Made by a program: the position numbers and the translations under genes. A stretch of DNA of 32,000 bases from NCBI RefSeq assembly GCF_053238245.1, contig NZ_CP112988.1. One strand, 5' to 3'. Below, one piece after another: positions 1 to 11,859 of the stretch (positions are counted from its first letter, which is position 1; the number at the start of each line of letters is the position of its first letter). The notes under the pieces are model-generated. The model saw only the letters and a list, made by a program, of their open reading frames with translations. It searched no databases and had not been told where the DNA came from.

Positions 1-41
1 ACTTCACTATAGGGGCCAGAGGCGCTGGCTGTCACGCAAAA

Positions 42-719
42 TTACACCAGTAATTCCGCAGCCAGCCGTGCAATCAATACGTTAGACAGCAAGACAGGAA
101 CATCGAGCTGTTTTTGCAGTAAATCGCGATGACGTTGGTGAAATCCTAAACAATCCAGCATGATGACATCAGCCCCTTTTGCCAGTAATTCTTTCCCGGC
201 ATCAATGATTTTTTGTTCTGAATCATGAATGGGGTTACCCAATGAAAATACCGGCGATTTCTGCAAAATTTGCCATTTTTGCGCCTGAACGGTCAGCATC
301 TCCTCAACCGGAACGATAACCCCCACCTGATGATCTTCAACAATAGAGGAAACCAGTGGAGGCAATATTCGCGACGGCTCAAGAAAGATCGTATTACGCG
401 CAGTCATACTACTAATGTTTGCTGTACTCATTAATAAAATGACGTCATAACCCTGATTATCGAGCACTTCAACCACACCTTGCAGGTCTCGCTCCACTTT
501 ACGACGCGAAACATGGGCCAGCTGGTTGTCATTTAATAATGTGAGAATGGTGTCTTCGCCTGCTTCTGGCGCGTACTCCGCCATCACTTCTTCACGACTT
601 AACTTCCCCAGCAGGCTATGATGGGAAATATTATCTTCGTCAATGTATTCCGTCAGGAGCGGCAAAACCTCCTGCATAGGTACAATGCCGATGGTCAGGA
701 TCGCCAACGACGCACTCAT
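42..719 (-). CDS. aroM: AroM protein
   Basis: 225-aa ORF. Sequence and position downstream of aroL-yaiA match E. coli AroM as I recall it. Confidence 0.9.
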   Translation of the reverse strand: MSASLAILTIGIVPMQEVLPLLTEYIDEDNISHHSLLGKLSREEVMAEYAPEAGEDTILTLLNDNQLAHVSRRKVERDLQGVVEVLDNQGYDVILLMSTANISSMTARNTIFLEPSRILPPLVSSIVEDHQVGVIVPVEEMLTVQAQKWQILQKSPVFSLGNPIHDSEQKIIDAGKELLAKGADVIMLDCLGFHQRHRDLLQKQLDVPVLLSNVLIARLAAELLV

Positions 720-976
720 TGTTCATCCACCTTACTTTTCTTTCGTCGTTAATTACCGGGCAAGTGTGAAGCACCACTGCTGACACTTACTTGTGCTACA
801 AATGACAAAAAGCGTAGCAGCAGACGTGCACGGCATAATGTAAAGATTCCAAATGATTCCAGTAATGGATTGTTATTGTTTAATATTCTAATTATTAGAA
901 AAACATGAATTATGAAAAATGTGACGCAGATCCCTTGTAGTGGCACTCAGAATCCCTTCCGAGCAGTCTGATGCGG

Positions 977-1177
<201 letters not shown>

Positions 1178-1217
1178 TTATTTCACGGGATGAACGTTAA
1201 GTATAGGCGCTCTAAAA

Positions 1218-1742
1218 TCAACAATTGATCGTCTGTGCCAGGGCGCTACGAATTTCAGAAATCACCTGGCTGGGTTCGTTTGTTGCGTCGATGATAATAT
1301 GCGCAACTTCGCGATATAGCGCATCGCGTTCTTCCAGCACTTCCTGAACTTCTTCGCTCAGCGGTTTTCCCGTTAAGGTTGGCCGTAAATCTTCTTCCGG
1401 TGCAGCTTGCAGTCGGTTAACCAGGACTGATACTGGCGCACACAAATAAACCACGATCCCGTTATTTTGCATGAAGTGACGATTAAATTCCGTCAGAATA
1501 ATGCCGCCGCCTGTAGCGATAACGGTGGATGGCGCAGTTACCGCTTCCAGCGCCGCCGTTTCTCTGGCGCGAAATCCCGCCCACTCTTCCCTTTCGACGA
1601 TCTCCGCGACCGTCATATTGAGCTGTGATTGCAACCACTGATCGGTATCGACAAACCGACGGTTAAGCGAATCGGCAAGGGCCATTCCGACCGTTGTTTT
1701 ACCACAGCCCCGAGGCCCGATCAGAAAAAGAGGTTGTGTCAT
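1218..1742 (-). CDS. aroL: shikimate kinase II
   Basis: 174-aa ORF with P-loop GPRGCGKTT near the N-terminus, recognisable as AroL. Confidence 0.95.
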
Positions 1743-1810
1743 CGTGGGTTTTCCCCAATAGGTCGCAATGCGGCGAAAGCCGGTGTCATGAGAATAGCGA
1801 TCATACCATC

Positions 1811-1923
1811 AAACTAGTACAATTTCGATTGTAAAGAAAAAATTCCACTTAAAGTGAAAATCTCAATACATCCCTTACTATACCAATAAATATTCAAGAA
1901 TGAAGTGTAAATAATAAATTACA
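1811..1923 (-). promoter_or_regulatory. aroL control region with TyrR-box-like sites and a TrpR operator half-site
   Basis: TGTAAA-N6-ATTACA at 1906..1923 and TGTAAA-N6-ATTCCA at 1830..1847 resemble the TyrR box TGTAAA-N6-TTTACA. AACTAGTAC at 1811..1819 matches a Trp operator half-site. aroL is known to be regulated by TyrR and TrpR. Confidence 0.55.
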
Positions 1924-1924
1924 T

Positions 1925-2383
1925 TTAGCCACGACTACGTTGCACTTCCAGCCACCACTTCTCCAGCTCCGCGGCAAAGGCCTGGCGGTCACGTTGTGAA
2001 AGGCTATCTGGTCCGCCGGTCTGGATCCCACTGGCACGTAAGGTATCCATAAAATCGCGCATCGTCAGGCGCTCACGAATGGTCGCTGGCGTGTAACGTT
2101 CGCCGCGCGGATTAAGCGCCGCTGCGCCTTTCTCGATGGCTTCAGCAGCCAAAGGTATATCTGCGGTGATCACCAAATCGCCCGCTTCACACTGCCGGAC
2201 AATTTCGTTATCGGCAACGTCGAAACCTGCCGCGACGCGCAGCGTACGAATAAATCGCGATGGCGGCACGCGTAAACTCTGGTTTGCTACCAGTACCAGC
2301 GGCATCTGCATACGTTCCGCCGCGCGATACAAAATCTCTTTAATTACATTGGGACACGCGTCGGCATCCACCCAAATTGTCAT
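1925..2383 (-). CDS. yaiI: UPF0178/DUF188 family protein YaiI
   Basis: The ORF track gives 192 aa. The K-12 protein starts at [12 protein letters not shown] (ATG at 2383), giving 152 aa, divergent from proC. Confidence 0.85.
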   Translation of the reverse strand: MTIWVDADACPNVIKEILYRAAERMQMPLVLVANQSLRVPPSRFIRTLRVAAGFDVADNEIVRQCEAGDLVITADIPLAAEAIEKGAAALNPRGERYTPATIRERLTMRDFMDTLRASGIQTGGPDSLSQRDRQAFAAELEKWWLEVQRSRG

Positions 2384-2502
2384 AAAGTCATCCTTTGTTG
2401 GGTAATCCTCTATTGTGTCGCGCTTTTGCCTTCCGGCATAGTTCTGTTTATGCTTCTGCCAGCGATTATCAAAACAATGAATTTCACGGCAGGAGTGAGG
2501 CA

Positions 2503-3312
2503 ATGGAAAAGAAAATCGGTTTTATTGGCTGCGGCAATATGGGAAAAGCCATTCTCGGCGGTCTGATTGCCAGCGGTCAGGTGCTTCCAGGGCAAATCTG
2601 GGTATACACCCCCTCCCCGGATAAAGTCGCCGCCCTGCATGACCAGTTCGGCATCAACGCCGCAGAATCGGCGCAAGAAGTGGCGCAAATCGCCGACATC
2701 ATTTTTGCTGCCGTTAAACCTGGCATCATGATTAAAGTGCTTAGCGAAATCACCTCCAGCCTGAATAAAGACTCTCTGGTCGTTTCTATTGCTGCAGGTG
2801 TCACGCTCGACCAGCTTGCCCGCGCGCTGGGCCATGACCGGAAAATTATCCGCGCCATGCCGAACACTCCCGCGCTGGTTAATGCCGGGATGACCTCCGT
2901 AACGCCAAACGCGCTGGTAACCCCAGAAGATACCGCTGATGTGCTGAATATTTTCCGCTGCTTTGGCGAAGCGGAAGTAATTGCTGAGCCGATGATCCAC
3001 CCGGTGGTCGGTGTGAGCGGTTCTTCGCCAGCCTACGTATTTATGTTTATCGAAGCGATGGCCGACGCCGCCGTGCTGGGCGGGATGCCACGCGCCCAGG
3101 CGTATAAATTTGCCGCTCAGGCGGTAATGGGTTCCGCAAAAATGGTGCTGGAAACGGGAGAACATCCGGGGGCACTGAAAGATATGGTCTGCTCACCGGG
3201 AGGCACCACCATTGAAGCGGTACGCGTACTGGAAGAGAAAGGCTTCCGTGCCGCAGTGATCGAAGCGATGACGAAGTGTATGGAAAAATCAGAAAAACTC
3301 AGCAAATCCTGA
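2503..3312 (+). CDS. proC: pyrroline-5-carboxylate reductase
   Basis: 269 aa from [14 protein letters not shown] (Rossmann GxGxxG). The longer 305-aa track ORF is an upstream in-frame extension. Confidence 0.95.
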   Translation: MEKKIGFIGCGNMGKAILGGLIASGQVLPGQIWVYTPSPDKVAALHDQFGINAAESAQEVAQIADIIFAAVKPGIMIKVLSEITSSLNKDSLVVSIAAGVTLDQLARALGHDRKIIRAMPNTPALVNAGMTSVTPNALVTPEDTADVLNIFRCFGEAEVIAEPMIHPVVGVSGSSPAYVFMFIEAMADAAVLGGMPRAQAYKFAAQAVMGSAKMVLETGEHPGALKDMVCSPGGTTIEAVRVLEEKGFRAAVIEAMTKCMEKSEKLSKS

Positions 3313-3328
3313 TGACTTTCGCCGGACG

Positions 3329-4444
3329 TCAGGCCGCCACTTCGGTGCGGTTACGTCCGGCTTTCTTTGCTTTGTAAAGCGCCAAATCTGCCGATTTCAA
3401 CCACTCACGATAGTGACTCATTTGTGGGTTCAGCGGCGCAACCCCCACACTAATCCGTAAAGTTACCTGTGGCGTATTCGGCAAGCGTAACGTGTTTAGC
3501 CCTTCACGCACCCGTAACATGGCGGTAATGGCGCTCTCAGCTGGCGTACCGGACATGATTACTGCAAACTCATCGCCGCCAAACCGACCAATCACATCGC
3601 TACCGCGCAGGGTAATTTGTAACTGTCGGGTAAGCGCCACAATCGCTTCATCGCCCACATCATGACCCCAGGTATCGTTGATGCTCTTGAAATGGTCGAT
3701 ATCGATAATCAGTAACGTTGCATCGCGATTATGCCGCCGACAGTTATCAAATTCATTGCGTAACATAGTTTCCCAATGACGTCGGTTATACACGCCCGTC
3801 ATGCCGTCGCGGGTACTCATGACCTGCAACCTGCGTTTATGTTCCGCCAGTTTGGTTGCCGTCTGGTAGCTGACCCAGCCAAACAGCAGAGGATAAACGA
3901 CAATAATGGGAAGGGAGAGCCACCATTCCAGCGGCGCACTATTGAACGACACGGTAATGCCCGTAAGCTCGAGGGTGACAAGGCAGGAAACCACCATCAA
4001 CACCAGACCCGCGACAAACAGACGGGGGCCGCCTGCCCCCATCAAATTCAGACACATAATCATCAACATAGCGGTGGAAGGCAGCACGTTTACGCCCATT
4101 ACGCCTACCCACATTCCCGCTAATACTGCATCGGTTTTTAAGTTGTAAATTTCCCGGCTAAGCGGATCGACGGCCCTGCTCGCTATCTGCCAGGCTAAAT
4201 GCGGCCAGACGAACGCCCAGCCGACCAACACCAGCCACCACCAGCCCGGCGGCGGGTGCGAAACCAGCGTTGAAGCAATCGGTAAGAACATGCCAGCCAG
4301 GCCAACCGCACGGGGTAGTCTGACGCGACGGGCGAAGCGCAGCCCGGACCGCTGATGTTCGTTTTGAGGAGTTAAAGGAGGTTCCTCCCCATGCGCCGCC
4401 GCTTTTTTGAAAAAGTTTTCATCATTCATTATTTTTGGGAACAT
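3329..4444 (-). CDS. dgcC: diguanylate cyclase DgcC (AdrA/YaiC), membrane MASE2 + GGDEF
   Basis: 371 aa with a hydrophobic N-terminal half and a C-terminal GGDEF domain (RFGGDEFAV). Confidence 0.93.
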   Translation of the reverse strand: MFPKIMNDENFFKKAAAHGEEPPLTPQNEHQRSGLRFARRVRLPRAVGLAGMFLPIASTLVSHPPPGWWWLVLVGWAFVWPHLAWQIASRAVDPLSREIYNLKTDAVLAGMWVGVMGVNVLPSTAMLMIMCLNLMGAGGPRLFVAGLVLMVVSCLVTLELTGITVSFNSAPLEWWLSLPIIVVYPLLFGWVSYQTATKLAEHKRRLQVMSTRDGMTGVYNRRHWETMLRNEFDNCRRHNRDATLLIIDIDHFKSINDTWGHDVGDEAIVALTRQLQITLRGSDVIGRFGGDEFAVIMSGTPAESAITAMLRVREGLNTLRLPNTPQVTLRISVGVAPLNPQMSHYREWLKSADLALYKAKKAGRNRTEVAA

Positions 4445-4501
4445 TCAGAAACAATTTTCCCAAATTATAGAGACGGGGCTAAAGGCAGAAGTATGAAATT
4501 T

Positions 4502-4529
4502 CGGGTGAGCCACTTTCGTAGCTCACCCG
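4502..4529 (-). terminator. hairpin downstream of psiF (possible terminator)
   Basis: 9-bp stem CGGGTGAGC/GCTCACCCG with a 10-nt loop just after the psiF stop. The U-tract is weak. Confidence 0.4.
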
Positions 4530-4545
4530 TTAGCACTATCAGGTA

Positions 4546-4866
4546 TCAGGCGGCTTTCTTGAGGCAGGCACTCATAAACTTATTACGATCATCACCTTTC
4601 AGAGATTGTTGCGTTGCTTGATTATTACATTCGCGCATCTTTTGCTGCTGTGGCGTCAAACTTTTTTCACCAGGCGCAGACTTGCTGTTCTTCAGGCAAT
4701 CACTCATGTAGGTCTTACGAGCATCCCCTTTCAACGCCTGCGCCGTCGCCTGCTGATTACAGGATGTCATACGCTGTTGTTGTGGGGTTAAGGTTCTCTC
4801 GGCAGCGCCGACGGTGGTTAAAAAAACCAGACCAAAAAGCAAGGTAACCAGTAATGTTATTTTCAT
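4546..4866 (-). CDS. psiF: phosphate starvation-inducible protein PsiF
   Basis: 106 aa from MKITLLVTLLFG (signal peptide). It has two internal LTPQQQ.M..CN.QA....LKGD repeats and lies downstream of phoA. Confidence 0.9.
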   Translation of the reverse strand: MKITLLVTLLFGLVFLTTVGAAERTLTPQQQRMTSCNQQATAQALKGDARKTYMSDCLKNSKSAPGEKSLTPQQQKMRECNNQATQQSLKGDDRNKFMSACLKKAA

Positions 4867-4940
4867 AGCACCATCCCTCTTCATGTTTTAACCATGAGCG
4901 TATGCGCCCGTGATCTGCCATTAAGTCTGGTTGCTAACAG

Positions 4941-4980
4941 CAAAAAAACCACCCGGCAGCGAAAATTCACTGCCGGGCGC
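4941..4980 (-). terminator. rho-independent terminator after phoA
   Basis: 8-bp GC stem CCCGGCAG/CTGCCGGG (4952..4959 and 4970..4977), followed on the minus strand by a T7 run. Confidence 0.75.
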
Positions 4981-4984
4981 GGTT

Positions 4985-6400
4985 TTATTTCAGCCCCAGG
5001 GCGGCTTTCATGGTGTAGAAGAGATCGGTCTGGTCGGTCAGTCCAACAACATTGGCGGCATGCGGGCCATACGCCGCAATACGCAACTGACTGCCGGTAT
5101 GTTCTTGTGAATCCTCTTCGGAGTTCCCGTAGCTCATCACCATCACTGCGCCATCTTTGGTATTTAGCGCCTGGGTGAGGCCCGGAGCTTTGGTATCCGG
5201 CGCGACAATCTGGCTGGCGTGGGCGTGATCAGCGGTGACTATGACCAGCGTATTGCCATCCTTTTTAGCGAATTCCAGCGCCCGTTGTACGGCTTCATCG
5301 AGATCGACCGTCTCGCCAATTTGCCCACAAGGATTCGCAGCGTGATCCTGTTTATCGATTGACGCACCTTCAACTTGCAGGAAAAATCCTTTCTCATTTT
5401 TACTCAACAATTCAATGGCTTTGTCGGTCATCTGCGCCAGGGTTGGTACACTGTCATTACGTTGCGGATTAGGCGTACAGGTGACTGCGGGCTTATCGAT
5501 ATTGCCGTGGTACGTTGCTTTCGGTCCTAGCCAGCGCACTGGCATATTGCCGTCAGCAAACAGTCCAAGCAGAGGTTTTTGCTGATTCGCTTCCGTCACC
5601 GAATTCAGTGAGGCAGCATCGCTGACCAACTGATAACCACGCGCCTGTGCCTGTTCACGCAGCGTTTTTCCCTGCCATTCACCGGCGGTTGCCGTTTCAG
5701 CAAAGGTTTTTGCGCCACCGCCAAGCGTAACGTCGGCACGAGCGTTAAGCAGCTGTTCGGTAATCGATCCTTTTCCGCCTTTTTCCAGAGCGTTACCCGG
5801 ACATTTTTCACTGGTCGCGCTCGGACCGTAGCATTTGCGCGAAGTCACATGTGCCACCAGCGCAGCGGGCGTGGCATCCTGCAACTCTGCGGTAGAAACG
5901 TTACCGGTCGCCAGACCTGCGGCTTTTGCCATTTCCAGAATCGTTGGGTGATCTTTTTCGTGAATATCGACGCCCAGCGCGCCGTTATAGGTTTTGACAC
6001 CGGTTGACCAGGCGGTTGCTGATGCAGCCGAGTCGGTGACGTAGTCCGGTTTGCCGGTTTTTTTATTCAGCGCATAGTGAGTGTATTGCCCGGTAAGCGG
6101 TAAGGCATCGATACCTTTAAAAAAGCCGCCCGCACCTTCGGCATAATTACGTGCGGCAGTAATTTCCGAATCCCCCATCCCATCGCCAATCAGCAAAATA
6201 ATATTTTTTGCAGGTTTATCGCTAAGAGAATCACGCAGAGCGGCGGTCTGATCACCCGTTAAGCGGCGAGCACCGCCGGGTGCAGTAATATCGCCCTGAG
6301 CAGCCCGGTTTTCCAGAACAGGCATTTCTGGTGTCCGGGCTTTTGTCACAGGGGTAAACAGTAACGGTAAGAGTGCCAGTGCAATAGTGCTTTGTTTCAC
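4985..6400 (-). CDS. phoA: alkaline phosphatase
   Basis: 471 aa from GTG ([21 protein letters not shown] signal peptide), preceded by a GGAGAAAATAAA RBS. The active-site DSAASAT motif is present. Confidence 0.96.
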   Translation of the reverse strand: MKQSTIALALLPLLFTPVTKARTPEMPVLENRAAQGDITAPGGARRLTGDQTAALRDSLSDKPAKNIILLIGDGMGDSEITAARNYAEGAGGFFKGIDALPLTGQYTHYALNKKTGKPDYVTDSAASATAWSTGVKTYNGALGVDIHEKDHPTILEMAKAAGLATGNVSTAELQDATPAALVAHVTSRKCYGPSATSEKCPGNALEKGGKGSITEQLLNARADVTLGGGAKTFAETATAGEWQGKTLREQAQARGYQLVSDAASLNSVTEANQQKPLLGLFADGNMPVRWLGPKATYHGNIDKPAVTCTPNPQRNDSVPTLAQMTDKAIELLSKNEKGFFLQVEGASIDKQDHAANPCGQIGETVDLDEAVQRALEFAKKDGNTLVIVTADHAHASQIVAPDTKAPGLTQALNTKDGAVMVMSYGNSEEDSQEHTGSQLRIAAYGPHAANVVGLTDQTDLFYTMKAALGLK

Positions 6401-6460
6401 TTTATTTTCTCCATGTACAAATACATTAAAAAATAAAAACAAAGCGACTATAAGTCTCGG

Positions 6461-6480
6461 CCGTGACAACTTTATGACAG
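6461..6480 (-). promoter_or_regulatory. Pho box (PhoB binding site) of the phoA promoter
   Basis: The minus strand reads CTGTCATAAAGTTGTCACGG, the classical phoA Pho box (CTGTCAT direct-repeat type). Confidence 0.85.
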
Positions 6481-6500
6481 CTGTTGAAAAGATTAACTTT

Positions 6501-6761
6501 TTACTGACGAGGATGCTTCAATAACTTCTTTACGTAATCGCGCAGCAGCTCCGTATCGTCGTCAGGAATGCTGGCATCGGGCTTTACCTCGTACAGCGCC
6601 CCCTCTACCTGATCAATCAACCGCTGTTGGTCATTTTGCGCCATATTGCGAAGCATTGCAGTGACGATAATCTCCAAAGCTTCTACCTGCGCACACAGTT
6701 CTTTCGACTCTTCTTCTTTTTGGGCAAGCTTAAATAACAACTCAGCAATGAGATTTTTCAT
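6501..6761 (-). CDS. iraP: anti-adaptor protein IraP (YaiB)
   Basis: 86-aa coiled-coil [25 protein letters not shown], in the position between phoA and ddlA. Confidence 0.9.
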
Positions 6762-7223
6762 GTCTGTATTTCCTTATCCAAAGTATGGAGAAGTTAACAT
6801 TATGTTTCACAACTTCATAGTGTCTGGAAGTATTATTTTTATGACAAAGGAAATACTTTGCGCAAATATTTTTTGTTTGATTACCAGCGAAACGTTTCTC
6901 TTATTTAAATAACTACCCACACAAAATATAGGCTTTTAATTATCAACCTTTATTATAAATAAAAGTTATGAAATATATTCTCTTCGTTAACTTATAATTA
7001 AGAGAAAAAAACTCACCGCATGGCCATTTAAGCCAGGAATAAATTAGCTTCCCGTTCATCATTTTTGTGATCTTGCGCACATCTTTGAGATAACGCACTT
7101 TCTTCACCAGTACGTTGCACGCTTTGTCAGCAGAAGATTGCAACAATCTTTCAGAAGGCCGCGAATCCCCCGTTTTGTCGTGGTAATGTATGCACTTTGT
7201 GTTAGACGGGATAGGTTTTTAAG

Positions 7224-8318
7224 ATGGAAAAACTGCGGGTAGGAATCGTTTTTGGTGGTAAATCAGCGGAACATGAAGTGTCTCTGCAATCGGCAAAAAA
7301 CATTGTCGATGCCATTGATAAAAGTCGCTTCGACGTTGTGCTGCTGGGCATTGATAAACAAGGGCAATGGCACGTCAGCGATGCCAGCAATTATCTGCTA
7401 AATGCAGACGATCCTGCCCATATTGCGTTGCGCCCTTCGGCGACCAGCCTTGCGCAGGTGCCAGGTAAACATGAGCATCAGCTTATCGACGCGCAAAACG
7501 GTCAGCCGTTGCCGACGGTGGATGTCATTTTCCCGATTGTCCACGGTACGCTGGGCGAAGATGGTTCCTTGCAGGGAATGCTGCGGGTCGCCAATTTACC
7601 GTTTGTAGGTTCTGATGTTCTGGCTTCAGCAGCCTGTATGGATAAAGATGTCACCAAACGTCTGCTACGCGATGCCGGGCTGAACATTGCGCCATTTATT
7701 ACCCTGACGCGCGCTAATCGTCACAACATCAGTTTTGCCGAAGTGGAGTCTAAACTGGGGTTACCACTGTTTGTAAAACCGGCTAATCAGGGCTCTTCTG
7801 TTGGTGTCAGCAAAGTAACCAGTGAAGAACAGTACGCAATTGCCGTCGATCTGGCGTTCGAGTTCGATCATAAAGTGATCGTTGAGCAAGGGATCAAAGG
7901 TCGTGAGATCGAATGCGCAGTTCTGGGCAACGACAATCCGCAAGCCAGCACCTGTGGCGAGATCGTACTCACCAGCGATTTCTATGCCTACGACACCAAG
8001 TACATTGACGAAGATGGCGCGAAAGTGGTAGTTCCGGCAGCCATTGCACCAGAGATCAACGATAAGATCCGGGCGATTGCCGTTCAGGCTTATCAGACGT
8101 TGGGATGCGCAGGCATGGCGCGTGTAGACGTGTTTTTAACCCCAGAGAACGAAGTGGTGATCAACGAGATCAACACACTGCCTGGCTTCACCAACATCAG
8201 TATGTATCCGAAGCTGTGGCAAGCCAGCGGTCTGGGTTACACCGATCTGATCACACGTTTGATTGAGCTGGCGCTGGAGCGTCACGCTGCGGATAACGCA
8301 TTGAAAACCACAATGTAA
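7224..8318 (+). CDS. ddlA: D-alanine--D-alanine ligase A
   Basis: 364 aa with N-terminal [20 protein letters not shown] and an ATP-grasp fold, typical of Ddl. Confidence 0.96.
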   Translation: MEKLRVGIVFGGKSAEHEVSLQSAKNIVDAIDKSRFDVVLLGIDKQGQWHVSDASNYLLNADDPAHIALRPSATSLAQVPGKHEHQLIDAQNGQPLPTVDVIFPIVHGTLGEDGSLQGMLRVANLPFVGSDVLASAACMDKDVTKRLLRDAGLNIAPFITLTRANRHNISFAEVESKLGLPLFVKPANQGSSVGVSKVTSEEQYAIAVDLAFEFDHKVIVEQGIKGREIECAVLGNDNPQASTCGEIVLTSDFYAYDTKYIDEDGAKVVVPAAIAPEINDKIRAIAVQAYQTLGCAGMARVDVFLTPENEVVINEINTLPGFTNISMYPKLWQASGLGYTDLITRLIELALERHAADNALKTTM

Positions 8319-8324
8319 TATTTT

Positions 8325-8353
8325 AACGCCCGATAATATTCTTATTGGGCGTT
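8325..8353. terminator. bidirectional hairpin between convergent ddlA and yaiZ
   Basis: AACGCCCGATAA / TTATTGGGCGTT forms a 12-bp stem (one G-T pair) with loop TATTC. T-rich flanks. Confidence 0.6.
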
Positions 8354-8554
8354 TTCAGTTTCTTCATCGCGACGACGAATAATCAACCCCGCCAGCCAGA
8401 AACTAATCACCCACGTCACCAGACCGACGGCATAGGTCTGCCAACCTTTTGCTTCAAATCCCAGTAGCCCCACCACGCCATTAAGAATGAATATAAGGCC
8501 AATGGCGAACGCATAGTAGTGCCAGTCACGGCGGATTTTTACAGGCAGATTCAT
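8342..8554 (-). CDS. yaiZ: small inner-membrane protein YaiZ
   Basis: 70 aa from MNLPVKIRRDWHYYAF, with two hydrophobic helices. The longer track ORF is an upstream extension. Confidence 0.8.
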   Translation of the reverse strand: MNLPVKIRRDWHYYAFAIGLIFILNGVVGLLGFEAKGWQTYAVGLVTWVISFWLAGLIIRRRDEETENAQ

Positions 8555-8813
8555 GGCAGCTCCGTTAACGAAAAACAACATCCTTGCATATTCTGTAACA
8601 ACCGTCTGTGGTGTAGACAACATTTTTGTAATTGTTAATAAATTTAACTTAAGGTTGCCATTTTGTGACTCACAACGAAGATTCACGCTTCGGGAATATT
8701 CCCAACATCAATTTACCATGATTCTGATATTGACAATCTAAATGACCTGTCAGACTTGCCATAAGCCGCTGGTATCACACCAGAAGAGAAGCAGATGACT
8801 TCCGGAGGTTTTT

Positions 8814-9122
8814 ATGGCTGATTTCACCCTGTCAAAATCGCTGTTTAGCGGAAAATATCGCAATGCCTCTTCAACGCCTGGCAACATTGCCTATGCGTTG
8901 TTTGTGCTGTTTTGCTTTTGGGCTGGGGCGCAATTGCTGAACCTGTTAGTGCATGCGCCCGGCGTCTATGAGCGTTTAATGCAGGTCCAGGAAACAGGTC
9001 GCCCACGGGTGGAAATTGGTTTAGGTGTCGGCACCATTTTCGGGCTGATCCCGTTTTTAGTAGGCTGCCTCATTTTTGCAGTGGTGGCGCTATGGCTGCA
9101 CTGGCGACATCGCCGCCAGTAA
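8814..9122 (+). CDS. yaiY: inner-membrane protein YaiY
   Basis: 102-aa ORF with two hydrophobic segments, in K-12 synteny. Confidence 0.85.
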
Positions 9123-9132
9123 GATTTACGTT

Positions 9133-9163
9133 GCCAGATACGGCCTAAAACGCCTTATCTGGC
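9133..9163. repeat. REP-like palindromic element between convergent yaiY and yaiW
   Basis: GCCAGATA...CGCCTTATCTGGC resembles the REP consensus (GCCGGATG...CGCCTTATCCGGC) and forms a hairpin. Confidence 0.5.
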
Positions 9164-9180
9164 ATGACATTCCTGTTTGA

Positions 9181-10275
9181 TCACTGTTTCATACAACGCG
9201 CCCGCCGTTCGTCTACGCGCTTCGCAAACCAGGCCGTAGTCAGGTTGCGGGTGATTTTCGGGCTTTCCAGTTGAATGCCAGGCAACATTTCGCGGGGTAG
9301 TGATTTACCCGTTTTCGCTTCGGCAAGTTGATAAACTTTCTTGTACAGCGCCGTCTCCTCAAAAGAGAAGCTGTCACCTTTCTCTAACTGACGGCGAATT
9401 TCGCTGTCGCTCATCCCCAGTTTTCCCGCCAGTTTGCGCGTTGCCAGTTCGGTTTTCCCGGGTTCTTTACTGTCGTAACGAATTAAATCACCGTCCAGTG
9501 CCAGCTTCACGCCGCTGGCCTTACTGACTGCGTTCTGAAACGCGGCATTACGGCTGGCGTACCAGCCAGCGTTAAAATCAGCAAAGCGGTATATCGGTGC
9601 GCTATAGCTGGCGGGATAATTCAGTAAATGGTAAGTACCAAACCACAACCCGCCGCGGCGACTGAAGACTTCCTGACGAACTGTACCGTCCATTTTCCAC
9701 GGATACCCTTTGGTATGCTGTTCGGCAAAAGCAATGCTGACCTGCATCGGCCCACCGGTGCGCACCGGATTAAGCGAACCAAACAGCGTCTGCCCCATTG
9801 GTACCATGCTGATCAGATCGTCAAAAATCGCGCTCAATTGCTTTTCTGTACGCACCGAATCTAACCGTTCGCTATAACTTTTGCCGTTTGGCGATTTGAT
9901 TTTTAGCGCGGTATGAACCAGAAAAGCAGGAATGTGCATCCGTTCAGCACGACGGTCAATCTCTTGCCAGGCGATCTTGCTTAAGCCCGGAACGGCCGGA
10001 TCTGCCTGATAATTTGACTCCTGCTGCGCCACCGCCAGCACCGAGCAGACGTTTTCCAGCGTCGGTGCCAGCCCCTGACTTTCAAAGGTGGTGGCGAGAT
10101 CTTTCGCCCAGGCATCGCGGTCTTTCACGCTCGCAGGCATCTTCTGCCGCACGACGCTCGCTACATCTATCGCTTTTTCGCCCTTTTTCAACGGTTGCGG
10201 AGCCTGACTACTACACCCCGCTAAAACCAGAACCGCCAACAATGACAGCGAAGATAGATGATTGACGCGCGACAT
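9181..10275 (-). CDS. yaiW: outer-membrane lipoprotein YaiW
   Basis: 364 aa with lipobox LAGC after the signal peptide, immediately downstream of sbmA (sbmA-yaiW operon). Confidence 0.9.
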   Translation of the reverse strand: MSRVNHLSSLSLLAVLVLAGCSSQAPQPLKKGEKAIDVASVVRQKMPASVKDRDAWAKDLATTFESQGLAPTLENVCSVLAVAQQESNYQADPAVPGLSKIAWQEIDRRAERMHIPAFLVHTALKIKSPNGKSYSERLDSVRTEKQLSAIFDDLISMVPMGQTLFGSLNPVRTGGPMQVSIAFAEQHTKGYPWKMDGTVRQEVFSRRGGLWFGTYHLLNYPASYSAPIYRFADFNAGWYASRNAAFQNAVSKASGVKLALDGDLIRYDSKEPGKTELATRKLAGKLGMSDSEIRRQLEKGDSFSFEETALYKKVYQLAEAKTGKSLPREMLPGIQLESPKITRNLTTAWFAKRVDERRARCMKQ

Positions 10276-10287
10276 TACTTCTCCTTT

Positions 10288-11508
10288 TTAGCTCAAGGTA
10301 TGGGTTACTTCCTGAATTTTGTCACCATCCAGCTCATGTTCAAAGCTGCGCAGACGTTTGTAGATAGACATCAACTCAACCAGTGTGGTCCATGAGTTAA
10401 TCAGGTACTGGAAAGCACCGCGAACCTGACCAAAAACGTTGGTAATCTGCGTCATCAGGCCGAGCGTAATCGTACCGGCAACAATTGACGGAAACAGCAA
10501 GAACAAACCGAAAACGTTATCGACCTGCAAATAGAGAATGCGGGCGATGTTGAAATACATATAGTGAAAATAGAGGCGAAAATAGTTTTTCCGTACGGCG
10601 CTAAACAGCTCGCGTACCGTAGGCGGCGTCGCGCGCGTGGCATCGTCTTCACCATAAACCAGCTCTTTACGGTAGGCGGCCTCTACTCGCTGGTTTTTAA
10701 ACTCCAGCCCCGGCAGTTTGATCCCTACCACTGCCAGCAATCCGGTCCCCATCAGCGACCAGACGATAGCGGCAATCACCAGACCATACGGAATGTGCCC
10801 GACAATTGGCAGCTCCGGCACATGTGCGGAGAGCGTTACCAGCACCGGCAGGAAGGCGATCAACGTCATGATGGCGTTGATAAAACTGACGCCCATATTC
10901 TCCAGCGTTGAAGCAAAACGCATGGTGTCTTCCTGCACACGCTGTGCGGCCCCTTCGATATGACGCAGTTGTTGCCAGTTCGCCATGTAATATTCGTTCA
11001 TCGCCGTACGCCAGCGGAACACGTAGTGACTGACAAAGAAGTTGTTCAGTACACTGATCACCACCGCGATCAGCGCAATCCCCAGAAAGACGCCCACTTC
11101 GCGGTAAAATTGTTCGATAGTGACTTTATGCGGCGAACTTAGCGCGGTTTGAATCAGATCATAGAACGGTGCATACCAGGCGTTGACGGCGACCCCGACT
11201 TCCACCAAAAACCAGGTGACGAAGATGATCAGTGCAGTACCGAGTATTGACCAGTATTGCCAACGGTGCGGGCTGTAGATAAACCAGAAAAATGCAAAAA
11301 GTCCTACGCAAACAATGTAGTAAGCGTAAAAAATCAGGAAATCCAACGACCAGAAACGCGCGGCGCTAATCGGGATCTGCCCGGAAGCGCCGGTGATACG
11401 CGCCACCCAGTCACCCCCACCGGCTTGCCAGAAGATAACGGCAATCAATGCCCAAACAAAGGCCGAGAGAAAAAACGTTCCCGGCTTTGGGAAAAAAGAC
11501 TTAAACAT
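10288..11508 (-). CDS. sbmA: peptide antibiotic/antimicrobial peptide transporter SbmA
   Basis: 406 aa from [17 protein letters not shown], a polytopic membrane protein recognisable as SbmA. Confidence 0.94.
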   Translation of the reverse strand: MFKSFFPKPGTFFLSAFVWALIAVIFWQAGGGDWVARITGASGQIPISAARFWSLDFLIFYAYYIVCVGLFAFFWFIYSPHRWQYWSILGTALIIFVTWFLVEVGVAVNAWYAPFYDLIQTALSSPHKVTIEQFYREVGVFLGIALIAVVISVLNNFFVSHYVFRWRTAMNEYYMANWQQLRHIEGAAQRVQEDTMRFASTLENMGVSFINAIMTLIAFLPVLVTLSAHVPELPIVGHIPYGLVIAAIVWSLMGTGLLAVVGIKLPGLEFKNQRVEAAYRKELVYGEDDATRATPPTVRELFSAVRKNYFRLYFHYMYFNIARILYLQVDNVFGLFLLFPSIVAGTITLGLMTQITNVFGQVRGAFQYLINSWTTLVELMSIYKRLRSFEHELDGDKIQEVTHTLS

Positions 11509-11859
11509 ATGCACTCCTGCTAACTTCTTATCGTTTTAACAACTGCTGTGTATTAACCGCATGACCGCTACAAAGCGTCAGCCAAATGAAACCGCCCATT
11601 GTGACCCATAGCAAGGCGCTTAGTTCGCCAGCCTGACCATAAGAATTGTTTCGACGGATTTCACAAACCAAAGATTGTTTACATAAGCGGATTAACACGC
11701 GCAGGATCACAAATGCAGGCATTGGTGAGCAGGAAAAAGATCGTGTTTACGCGCCGTTACGTTTTTAACACTATTATTGCACTAATTCGCCCTTTGCAAT
11801 CCATCAATGAGTAGTATAAATACGCTCAGTTACCTTCATTCAATCTATGGACACCACCG

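Noticed and set aside
2410-3165. 251-aa minus-strand ORF and other ORFs overlapping proC
   Set aside because: It is antisense to the well-supported proC. Its Arg/His/Gly-rich composition is typical of shadow ORFs in high-GC coding DNA.
6646-7146. ORFs 6646..6912 (+) and 6943..7146 (-) between iraP and ddlA
   Set aside because: This is an AT-rich promoter/intergenic region, and the first ORF overlaps iraP antisense. There is no RBS or recognisable protein features.
10455-11523. Several 60-115-aa ORFs within sbmA on both strands, and 11528..11722 (-)
   Set aside because: These are shadow frames of a well-supported membrane transporter gene. The last lies in the sbmA/ampH divergent promoter region and has no coding signal.
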